DNA of 64,000 bases from contig CAYYXE010000001.1 of NCBI GenBank assembly GCA_964475655.1, positions 5,435 to 69,434 on the forward strand. Direction: 5' to 3'. The notes beneath the pieces were generated by a model that was given only the letters and a program-made list of their open reading frames with translations, did not search any database and was not told the DNA's origin. Source of the stretch: an uncultured Candidatus Saccharibacteria bacterium (GTDB lineage: Bacteria > Patescibacteriota > Minisyncoccia > Phycocordibacterales > UBA9973). A program made the translations under genes and the position numbers. This document shows positions 56,247-64,000 of this stretch, piece by piece (within the stretch, counting starts at the first letter, position 1; each line of letters opens with the position of its first letter).

Positions 56247-57983
56247 CTACGAAAGTGTTGCCTTAATACGTCGCACGCCTGCACTTGATGCTTCTTCTTT
56301 CTGTATTTTGAACGTGCCAAGCACTCCAGTGCGCTCGACGTGTGGTCCTCCGCAAAATTCTTGGGAGAAAACTTTGTCGCTTGCGTCATGGATCATGTAC
56401 ACAGACACCATGTCAGGATATTTGGTGCCAAATTCCATTTCTGCACCCAGTGCCTTTGCCTCCTCGAGGGGCATTTCGCGACGGGTCACGGTGAGGTCTT
56501 CGCGGATCTTTTCATTTACCAAGTCTTCTACCTTTTGGAGCTCTTCACTGGTAAGCTTGCGGTCGAAGTTGAAGTCGATGCGAAGTCTCTCCTCTGTAAT
56601 ATTACTCCCCTTTTGGTGAATGTCGGGAGAGACGACTTCTTGTAAAGCCTTGAGAAGCAAGTGATGTGCAGTGTGAAGCTTCGTGGTCATCTCTGAGGTG
56701 TTGGCAAGGCCACCCTTAAACTTTTGCTCAGCACCTGCGCGAGATGCGTCTTGGTGAGCCTTCATTTGTGCGTCAAATGCTGCACGATCAATAGAAATTC
56801 CCTTTTCTTTTGCGAGTTCTTCGGTGAGTTCTATTGGGAAGCCATAGGTGGTCGCCAAAAGAAACGGGTCTGCACCTTTTTCAAATTCTTTGAGACCGGA
56901 TTCGAGTGTTTTGGAAAATTTACTTTTTTCAGCAAGAAAAATATCTACTAAATCTTGTTTATTCACTTCAGGATAGTGAGTTTGGTAGTGCCGTTGATAA
57001 AGTTCGGGAAGCGAATCAAAAGTTTCGTCTCGCAACCGTATCTTCTTTGATTGCATAACTGCACGCCTAATAATCCGACGAAGAACATACCCTTGATCCT
57101 TACTACTTGGAAACACTCCATCAGCAATCAAAAATACAGCGGTTCTGACATGATCTGCAATAATGCGCCCACTTCTTTCATTGTAATCTATTGCGCCCTG
57201 TTTTATGTCTGACAGTATAGAAGAAAACATATCCGCCTCGTACACATTGGACTTCCCTTGTACGATCATTGCGATTCTTTCCAAACCTGAACCTGTATCA
57301 ATGTTTTTTTGGGGAAGCTGTCCGACGACTTTGCCACCCTGTGAGAGATACTGCATAAATACATCGTTCCAAATCTCCACTACATCTCCTCGATCATCCG
57401 CAGCCACGTACTCCTCATGCGTCATATCACCGAGCGTGCCGGTCACATCATAAAACATCTCCGTATCGGGTCCGCACGGACCGTTGTCACCAGCGCTCCA
57501 CCAGTTGTTCTTTTTGGGAAGGAAATAAATTCTGTTTTCTGGAATATATTGCTTCCATATCTCTACCGCCTCCATATCGCGCGGTGCATCCGCATCACCT
57601 TCAAACACCGTCACATAGAGTCGTGCTGGATCAAGGCCAAGCCCTTCTTCTTTCGACGTAAGGAATTCATAGCTCCACTTGATCGCGTCGGGTTTGAAAT
57701 AATCACCAAGCGACCAGTTGCCAAGCATTTCAAAAAATGTGAGGTTTTTATTATTTCCCACTTCTTCGATATCGCCCGTGCGCACGCACTTTTGGCAACT
57801 CGCCAGACGAGTGCCTTGCGGATGCTTTTCACCCAAGAGGTATGGCACGAGCGGCTGCATACCTGCGGTATTGAAGAGTACTGAAGGATCGTTTTTGGGT
57901 ACGAGAGATGCACTGGGCAAAATAGCGTGTCCGCGTGCAGCAAAAAAGTCGAGGAAACGCTGGCGGATCTGAGAGCTTGTCAT
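56247..57983 (-). CDS. alaS: Alanine-tRNA ligase (short, no C-Ala domain)
   Basis: LFNTAGMQP, TFFEMLGN, IDTGSGLER, HTAHHLL, FCGGPHV and GVRRIKA motifs. Confidence 0.96.
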   Translation of the reverse strand: MTSSQIRQRFLDFFAARGHAILPSASLVPKNDPSVLFNTAGMQPLVPYLLGEKHPQGTRLASCQKCVRTGDIEEVGNNKNLTFFEMLGNWSLGDYFKPDAIKWSYEFLTSKEEGLGLDPARLYVTVFEGDADAPRDMEAVEIWKQYIPENRIYFLPKKNNWWSAGDNGPCGPDTEMFYDVTGTLGDMTHEEYVAADDRGDVVEIWNDVFMQYLSQGGKVVGQLPQKNIDTGSGLERIAMIVQGKSNVYEADMFSSILSDIKQGAIDYNERSGRIIADHVRTAVFLIADGVFPSSKDQGYVLRRIIRRAVMQSKKIRLRDETFDSLPELYQRHYQTHYPEVNKQDLVDIFLAEKSKFSKTLESGLKEFEKGADPFLLATTYGFPIELTEELAKEKGISIDRAAFDAQMKAHQDASRAGAEQKFKGGLANTSEMTTKLHTAHHLLLKALQEVVSPDIHQKGSNITEERLRIDFNFDRKLTSEELQKVEDLVNEKIREDLTVTRREMPLEEAKALGAEMEFGTKYPDMVSVYMIHDASDKVFSQEFCGGPHVERTGVLGTFKIQKEEASSAGVRRIKATLS

Positions 57984-58062
57984 GCGCCCATACTAGCAAA
58001 AAATGGCTAATAAAAAAAGCGCTCCTGTGCGGGCGCCTTAAATCAAAACCTGTGGAAATAGT

Positions 58063-58176
58063 TTAGCTCACGAAAAAACAAAATACAACAGTAGCTATTA
58101 CAGCACAAACTACTATCTCTGCGCACTTTATAAAAAGTGGCGATTCTTTTGAAAAAATCGGAATGTGACGAAACAT
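58063..58176 (-). CDS. 37-aa single-TM peptide (AT-rich cassette)
   Basis: MFRHIP...VVFCFFVS*; promoter TTGCAA(58250-45)-16-TATAGT(58228-23); terminator 58012-58039. Confidence 0.5.
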   Translation of the reverse strand: MFRHIPIFSKESPLFIKCAEIVVCAVIATVVFCFFVS

Positions 58177-58250
58177 AGGCTGAATTGGTTTAATTAGTGA
58201 AAAAAATAACAATCCTTTTTCCACTATACAACATATGCATGGTTTTGCAA

Positions 58251-60026
58251 TTATTTCTTTTTTGACTTCAGCCAATTCTTCGAAAGCTTCTCGAGGCGGT
58301 CGATATCTGCTTCGATCCCCTTAAGTCCTGCTTCAAAAAACTTTTTGTCAGTGTTAATGCCAATACTTTTGAATATATCTTTGGGACTCATAGAGTTTCC
58401 GGCGGAAAGAAATTGTTCGATTTTTAATTTAAATGAATGATCTTTTTTCCAGTTTTCATATAATGCACGGCTCACAAGTAACCCATAGACATAGGTATAC
58501 ACATAGAACGAATAACGCAAATGCGACCATGCCGTAAATACATACCCATCATCTTCTGTTATTTCAACCGCATTTCCAATATACGATTTAAGATGTTTTT
58601 GCATGATCCGTGCCATTTCTTCTTTTGAAAGGTATGCTTTTGATCTGACCCCTTCCTGCAGTTCTTTTTCGCAATTAAAGCATGCTATCTGACGGAACGT
58701 CGTAGCGATATCGCGATTGATTCTATCGTGTAAAACGATTATTTGTTGATCATCAGGCAAACCTTTGAGAATTTCATCGACTACAAATTGCTCAAAAAAC
58801 GTACTCGCGACTTCCGCTACCGAAATCGTATAGTCACCATAGAGCGGATCAAGTGGCTTGCTGAGTTCGGTATGGATTGCATGTCCCATTTCATGAGCAA
58901 GTGTTTCAACTGACTTGAGATTATTAACATGATTGAGAAAAACAAAGACAGGCAGTTTACCAAGCCCTGAGCAAAATGCTCCGCCCTTTTTGCCAGTCCG
59001 AGGCGACACATCGATTTGTCCTTGTTGTAAGTAAGTATCCAATAGGTCACTATACTTTTGATCAAATTTTGCAAATGCACTTTTTACAATCGACACAGCT
59101 GAGTCGAAATTAAATTCTTTTTTTATTTCACCCAAATGAAGATACAGGTCAGAAATTGTAAGTTTTTGTTCTTTTGTTAGTTTTTTGTGAAGAGTGTAAT
59201 ATCGATTGCTAATCGGAAATAGCTTTGTGGTAACCTCAACCAAATCGTTTACTTCCTTTTCATCATTTTCATATTTAAGCACTGTCGCACTATACGGTGT
59301 TTTGTATCCACGCAACTCATCACTTACTTTTTGAGTTGCATATATAGCGTTTAACTCTGCTTCAGCAAGGTTTGCAGTGTTTTTGCGAGCAGCAATTACT
59401 TTGTAATAAAGCGCGTGTCGTTCATCTTTTTTACGTAAACTCGTATATATCTCAGTTGCTTGAGATAACGATATTTTTTTACCCTTATATTCAACAAGCT
59501 GCTCACTGAGTAGCTTAACTTGTGCGTCATACCACATCTTTTCTGCAGGCTGAGAAAGAAGCGAAAAGAGCTGTTCTTCTTTTTCAGTCAAATTATGTGA
59601 TGCTCGAACAAAGACTTTTTGCAAATAATACCAAAAATGTTTCAATATTTTATCTTGCAGATATTTCTTTTGATTTTCTTTTGGGATTTTTGCAAGTGTC
59701 AATTCAAAAAATAACACTTTATTGAATGCTTTACGTTGGCGTTCATTCATCTTAGTTTCCATTGCTGCGGCGTATGTGTTGCTAGTATTGATGCTTTTAC
59801 ACAAACCAAAATACCAAAGTGGTTTATACGTAGAATCTGATAAGAACAACTCATAGTCTTTCAGCGCCTGAAGAAGTTTTGATGTAGTGCTTATAAAGTC
59901 CTTTTCTTTATATTTTTTCTCAAAACGTGCACAAGCAGCTTCAATAAATTGCATATCCTTCTCAATAGCAGGGTCCTTTTCGTTTTTATAAAGGAGGCCG
60001 AGATTCCATTCAGTCTTATATTTCAT
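58251..60026 (-). CDS. pepF: Oligoendopeptidase F (M3B)
   Basis: WNL, KKGGAFC, TLAHEMGH, AEVASTFFE and FYVYTYVYG motifs; AT-rich. Confidence 0.9.
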   Translation of the reverse strand: MKYKTEWNLGLLYKNEKDPAIEKDMQFIEAACARFEKKYKEKDFISTTSKLLQALKDYELFLSDSTYKPLWYFGLCKSINTSNTYAAAMETKMNERQRKAFNKVLFFELTLAKIPKENQKKYLQDKILKHFWYYLQKVFVRASHNLTEKEEQLFSLLSQPAEKMWYDAQVKLLSEQLVEYKGKKISLSQATEIYTSLRKKDERHALYYKVIAARKNTANLAEAELNAIYATQKVSDELRGYKTPYSATVLKYENDEKEVNDLVEVTTKLFPISNRYYTLHKKLTKEQKLTISDLYLHLGEIKKEFNFDSAVSIVKSAFAKFDQKYSDLLDTYLQQGQIDVSPRTGKKGGAFCSGLGKLPVFVFLNHVNNLKSVETLAHEMGHAIHTELSKPLDPLYGDYTISVAEVASTFFEQFVVDEILKGLPDDQQIIVLHDRINRDIATTFRQIACFNCEKELQEGVRSKAYLSKEEMARIMQKHLKSYIGNAVEITEDDGYVFTAWSHLRYSFYVYTYVYGLLVSRALYENWKKDHSFKLKIEQFLSAGNSMSPKDIFKSIGINTDKKFFEAGLKGIEADIDRLEKLSKNWLKSKKK

Positions 60027-60075
60027 ACCCGCCATCATACCAAAAAGCCCCTCGTAGGGCTAATGGCGTGAAGTG

Positions 60076-60546
60076 CTAGAGGGTGGGGTTTTGTTCGTCG
60101 TGATCAAAGGGTAATTTGCGGATCTGGCGTTCGAGGAACCACATGACGACAAAGGTGAACAGTGCGAGCACGGTGACCACAACGGCGAGCTTGTAGAGTC
60201 CAAAGCCGGCAGCCATGCCGATCCCTGCTGCCACCCAAAGCCCCGACGCAGTCGTGATACCCGAGACGCGTTCACGGTGATGAAAGATTGCACCGACACC
60301 GAGAAATCCCGCTGCAGCCACTACTTGTGCGGCGATGCGCATCGGGTCAAAGGTCGCAAACTGATACTGCGCCGTCACCATTTGCGAGATGATCACAAAC
60401 ATCGCAGCACCCATCGAGATGAGCGTGTATGTGCGCATGCCCGCAGTCTTGTGCGCGAGAAATCGCTCGATACCGAGCACCATGCCAAGCAGCATCGCAA
60501 CGAGCAGACTCAAGATCATCGGATCATTTAGCAAGCTTTGTATCAT
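60076..60546 (-). CDS. MgtC/SapB family protein
   Basis: GIER, AGMRT, DPMRIAAQVV and GITTASGLW motifs. Confidence 0.92.
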   Translation of the reverse strand: MIQSLLNDPMILSLLVAMLLGMVLGIERFLAHKTAGMRTYTLISMGAAMFVIISQMVTAQYQFATFDPMRIAAQVVAAAGFLGVGAIFHHRERVSGITTASGLWVAAGIGMAAGFGLYKLAVVVTVLALFTFVVMWFLERQIRKLPFDHDEQNPTL

Positions 60547-60567
60547 ATGCACAAAGTATATCGCACT

Positions 60568-61623
60568 TTATACGACTTCATCAATGATCCCGCCGCCCAC
60601 AAGCACCTCACCATCATAGATCACAAGCGATTGTCCGAGTGCGATGAGCCCGTCATAGGCAAGCTGTACTTCCCTATCGCTTAATATTTTTGCTTCGATC
60701 AATGTTCCGTGATAGCGGATTTGTGCAGTGTATTTTTTGCTCGTATCAATAGTCTCAATCCAATTTACATCACGAAGCTTGAGTTTTTGTACTCCCGAAA
60801 CGACAGTTTGAGACTTTGGTGTATGCGAAACAATTACTCTGTTGTGTTCAATATCTTTGCCGATTACATAATATGGCCGATCATCAGAAGTCTTGGCAGT
60901 GATAGTAAATCCATGCCGTTCTCCCAGTGTATGGAACCATACGCCATCATGGGTACCGATCACAGCCCCCTTTTCATCGACGACTTCTCCCTGCTTTTGC
61001 TCTATATAGTGTGAGAGAAACTCTCGCATATCGACGTCTCCGAGGAAGCAGATACCCTGGCTATCCTTTTTGGTACTTGTAAAAAGCTTTGCTTCTGCTG
61101 CAAGCTTGCGTACCTCACCTTTGGGCAAATGTCCGATGGGAAATTGCACATGTGTCAATTCCTCTTTCTGCAACATCCACAAGAAGTATGATTGATCTTT
61201 TGATTTATCAATCCCCTTCAGTAATTTTTTGCCGTCAGTTTGCGCATAATGCCCTGTCGCGACTGCATCAGCCCCGAGAGACTGCGCATACTCCCACAGG
61301 ACGCCAAACTTGATCACACGATTGCACAGCACATCAGGGTTGGGTGTGCGACCTGCGCGGTATTCATTGATCATATACTCGGCCACGCCGTCCTTGTACG
61401 CTTGCTCTGCATCGAGGAAGTGGAATGGAATATCAAGGGAGGCACACACTCGCATCGCATCGCGCTTTTCATCAAGCCATGTGCACGGCAACCACTCAGG
61501 TGACCACGTCTTTACAAAGACGCCATGGACGTCATGGCGTTGCTGCTTGAGTAGATATGCCACAACAGACGAGTCTACTCCGCCTGATACGCCGACTACA
61601 ATTTTTTGCTTTCGCTTATTCAC
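60568..61623 (-). CDS. mnmA: tRNA 2-thiouridylase
   Basis: SGGVDS, TPNPDVLCN, ATGHY, KDQSYFL and DSQGICF motifs. Confidence 0.97.
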   Translation of the reverse strand: MNKRKQKIVVGVSGGVDSSVVAYLLKQQRHDVHGVFVKTWSPEWLPCTWLDEKRDAMRVCASLDIPFHFLDAEQAYKDGVAEYMINEYRAGRTPNPDVLCNRVIKFGVLWEYAQSLGADAVATGHYAQTDGKKLLKGIDKSKDQSYFLWMLQKEELTHVQFPIGHLPKGEVRKLAAEAKLFTSTKKDSQGICFLGDVDMREFLSHYIEQKQGEVVDEKGAVIGTHDGVWFHTLGERHGFTITAKTSDDRPYYVIGKDIEHNRVIVSHTPKSQTVVSGVQKLKLRDVNWIETIDTSKKYTAQIRYHGTLIEAKILSDREVQLAYDGLIALGQSLVIYDGEVLVGGGIIDEVV

Positions 61624-61688
61624 GAACTGATACTACCATATATTTGACAAAATAACGATTTGAGTTAGAGTATGAAAAATAATTCACT

Positions 61689-61946
61689 ATGCTAAAAATT
61701 CAAATTCGTAGGACTATTACAACTCTTATCAATCCTTCAAACTTCACCGTTGACAGCAACAGTCACGACAAAAAAGTAAATGAATTCCTGGAAAAACTTA
61801 CAGCAACAGACGACTTTGAAACATCTGTTCGACACGAGGAAATAGGTATACAGAATGGAGTATTTTTCGTTTCAGTTTTTCTCAGCAGTTTTTATAAGAA
61901 CAAGAAAGAGTTATACGAAAAAATCGTCAGCGAAGCTGCAAAATAA
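61689..61946 (+). CDS. Hypothetical protein (AT-rich cassette)
   Basis: TTGACA(61644)-16-TAGAGT; terminator ACACACC/GGTGTGT at 61952-61980. Confidence 0.65.
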   Translation: MLKIQIRRTITTLINPSNFTVDSNSHDKKVNEFLEKLTATDDFETSVRHEEIGIQNGVFFVSVFLSSFYKNKKELYEKIVSEAAK

Positions 61947-61978
61947 CCTTTTAACACACCGTCATTAATTGGTGTGTT

Positions 61979-62521
61979 TTATTTTAAATTCAAAAGTTTC
62001 TTAAATACCTCAAAAGTAGCATAGGCGTCTGCAAAGGCACTATGCGCTTTTTTATTTTCGATGCCGTACTTTTCACAAAGCGCGCGGAGTGAGAGCTTGC
62101 CCATGTCGTCGTTGTTCTGCAAGATGCCAAATGCAAGTGCGAGCGTGTCGAGCTTGTGATAGTGAAATTTATCCTCGATGCCATAGCGCTTGAGATTTGC
62201 TTCGATAAATCCATAATCAAACACGATATTGTGCGCGACAAACACTGCTCCCTCAGTCTTCTTTACAAATGTATTGAGCGCGTCTTCGATCGATACTGCA
62301 AATATCCAATCAGCTTCGTTGTAGCCGTTGATCCGCAGTGCCTGTGCATCGGCAGTCTCGATGTGCTTGGGCATGATCTTGAGATCGAGCTGATCGATGA
62401 CTTCCAGTGTGTCATCTCGCAGGCGCGCGATGACGACCCCGAGTTCGATGATCTCACCCTTTTCATGATCAAGGCCAGTCGTTTCGATGTCGACAAATGC
62501 GAGCGGTTGCTGAAGTATCAT
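61979..62521 (-). CDS. DEDDh 3'-5' exonuclease (DnaQ-like)
   Basis: VDIETTG, AHNIVFD and HSAFADA motifs. Confidence 0.92.
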   Translation of the reverse strand: MILQQPLAFVDIETTGLDHEKGEIIELGVVIARLRDDTLEVIDQLDLKIMPKHIETADAQALRINGYNEADWIFAVSIEDALNTFVKKTEGAVFVAHNIVFDYGFIEANLKRYGIEDKFHYHKLDTLALAFGILQNNDDMGKLSLRALCEKYGIENKKAHSAFADAYATFEVFKKLLNLK

Positions 62522-62540
62522 AGGAAGCTGAGTATAGCGT

Positions 62541-63488
62541 TTATCTGAGATACTTTGCAATGTTGGCTTGGTGTTCCTTGTAGGTCTTGGCAAAGTGCAC
62601 ACCACCGTCTCGATCGTGGAGATAATAGTAGTAGTCAGATGGCACTGGAGCTGCGGCAGCCTTGATCGCATCGAGTCCGGGATTGCTGATCGGGCCGGGT
62701 GGGAGGCCTTTGTTCTTGTAGGTATTGTACGGAGAGTTTGAGGCGAGGTCTTTGCGCGTGAGTTCACTCGACTCCTTGCCAAGCGTGTACAAGAACGGTG
62801 CATCCACTTGCATCGCCATACCTTCATCAATGCGCTTCCACAGGATGCCTGAGATGATCGGCATTTCTTCGGCCTTGTTTGCTTCTTTCTCGATGATAGA
62901 GGCCATGATGATGATGTCCTTTTGACTTCGACCAGAAGTACGCATGCTCTGCTGAAGTGGGACAAGCTGCTCTTCGAAGTTGCGCTTCAAGAGCGCCACC
63001 ACGACATCCGGCGTCACTGAGGGGAAGAAGCTGTAGGTGTCTGGGAAGAGATAGCCTTCGGACTCTTTGGCAAGCGTCAAGAAGAGTGCCGTATCAAAGT
63101 CTGGAAGTGTTGCACCAAGCCGATCGCTCATTTGCTTGGCAGTGAAGCCTTCGGGAAAGGTTACCTTTTTGCGATCGATCCCAAACTGCCGTCCCGAGAT
63201 GCGAAGCGCAATCTCAAGCGCAGACGCCGGCTTTTTGAAATAGTATTCGCCTTCGCTCGTGCGCCGCTCGCTCCCAAGTGCGATCATAAGCATCTCAAAC
63301 GGCTTTGTGTATCTGATGGCGTGGGCATCTTGGAGCTCATGCGATATGGAGAAGAGGCTCTGCCCTTCTTCGATCGTGAGGCGATACGGGACCGGGAAAT
63401 CGCTTGGCGGCGCAATAAGTGCACGCACGCCGATCCAGATTGCTGCGAGTACTATGATGATCCCAATGAGTTTCAATAGTCGTCTCAT
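62541..63488 (-). CDS. mltG: Endolytic transglycosylase MltG
   Basis: TFPEG, EGYLFPDTY, ASIIEKE and SPYNTY..GLPPGPISNPG motifs. Confidence 0.94.
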   Translation of the reverse strand: MRRLLKLIGIIIVLAAIWIGVRALIAPPSDFPVPYRLTIEEGQSLFSISHELQDAHAIRYTKPFEMLMIALGSERRTSEGEYYFKKPASALEIALRISGRQFGIDRKKVTFPEGFTAKQMSDRLGATLPDFDTALFLTLAKESEGYLFPDTYSFFPSVTPDVVVALLKRNFEEQLVPLQQSMRTSGRSQKDIIIMASIIEKEANKAEEMPIISGILWKRIDEGMAMQVDAPFLYTLGKESSELTRKDLASNSPYNTYKNKGLPPGPISNPGLDAIKAAAAPVPSDYYYYLHDRDGGVHFAKTYKEHQANIAKYLR

Positions 63489-63490
63489 AC

Positions 63491-64000
63491 TTAGATAGGG
63501 AGGTTTGCAGGCGGTTCGCCTTTCTTGGACTCGATGCGCGTAAACGTCGGCGTCTCTGCAACACGTCCTGGGAGGTGGAAGAGCGTAGCGAGCTCTTCAC
63601 TCGTAAGCAAAAATCCATCACTGCCGCCCTTTTCAGGATGACTGAAGTATCGTTCGATCTTGTCAAAGCGAAATGGCCGATAGAAATATTCGCGGTCTTT
63701 GTAGTCGCCAAGATAGTGCTTTTTCATCTTTTTTACTTTGCGATCAAAGGGATCTTTCCATGGCATGGCGTCGGGCGTCTTGGTAAGGTCAAACATAGAG
63801 AGCGCGTTCATATCTTCTGACGTGCTGTACTGGCGAAACATTGCCGTGAACGCAGAGATAGTGTTGCCACTAAAGTTTTCCTTTTTGGCGACGTAGAGCA
63901 CTCTGATACCACAATCAAACCCTGCCTTGTTGCGATGGCGCTCGATCGACTCGATCACCTGTTGTTCGCCTTTGGTGAGTCTGCCGCTGACTGTCTTGCC
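63491..64000 (-). CDS. C-terminal part of conserved hypothetical protein (start outside window)
   Basis: Frame open to the window edge; ends EELATLFHLP...IESKKGEPPANLPI. Confidence 0.7.
   Translation of the reverse strand, partial: GKTVSGRLTKGEQQVIESIERHRNKAGFDCGIRVLYVAKKENFSGNTISAFTAMFRQYSTSEDMNALSMFDLTKTPDAMPWKDPFDRKVKKMKKHYLGDYKDREYFYRPFRFDKIERYFSHPEKGGSDGFLLTSEELATLFHLPGRVAETPTFTRIESKKGEPPANLPI

Noticed and set aside
58177-58275. 70-aa version of the ORF overlapping pepF
   Set aside because: The upstream part spans the promoter and leader; ATG at 58176 fits better
1551-61980. Classical integron with attC sites explaining the cassettes
   Set aside because: Cassettes are dispersed, carry their own promoters, and I saw no RYYYAAC...GTTRRRY boundaries or intI gene
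1-64000. CRISPR array or Cas system, prompted by the Cas2-like domain at 47265-47795
   Set aside because: No regularly spaced direct repeats and no other cas genes; the protein fits the PaaX-like family
1-64000. Alternative genetic code (UGA=Gly as in Gracilibacteria/Absconditabacteria)
   Set aside because: Core genes are full length in code 11, and TGA terminates rsmI, murG and ftsW

Overview
A chromosomal segment with no prophage, integrase, transposase, rRNA or CRISPR array. The gene set and trimmed core proteins point to a Patescibacteria/CPR (Parcubacteria-like) genome (inference). The backbone encodes translation genes (rplY, rpmE2, prfA, rplI, rpmA, rplU, infA-rpmJ-rpsM-rpsK-rpsD-rpoA-rplQ-rplM-rpsI, aspS, trpS, cysS, lysS, alaS, mnmA, rsmI, tRNA-Ile(GAT)), cell-wall/division genes (murG, ftsW, mraY, mltG, an L,D-transpeptidase, scpAB), dnaB, recR, lexA, grpE/dnaK/dnaJ and sugar metabolism. 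Most backbone genes look leaderless, with a (TGn)TAnnnT box 5-10 nt before the start codon. The main unexplained pattern is about a dozen AT-rich, self-contained single-gene cassettes inserted between core genes. Most have a TTGnnn-16/17-TAnnnT promoter, an A-rich leader and a terminator. Several share leader or junction sequence despite unrelated cargo, which includes two lipoproteins, membrane peptides and a stand-alone RNA polymerase alpha-CTD unlike the genome's own. Other candidates: a ~360-nt structured non-coding RNA (13064-13421), a 25-aa basic peptide missed by the ORF track (44609-44686), a LexA-box operon with two paralogous small proteins, a lysS-EamA-DUF2156-peptide-histidine kinase cluster, and palindromic elements anchored at the stop codons of prfA, ftsW and rpsI. 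Family calls come from motif recognition by eye, with no database search, and GC statements are visual estimates.
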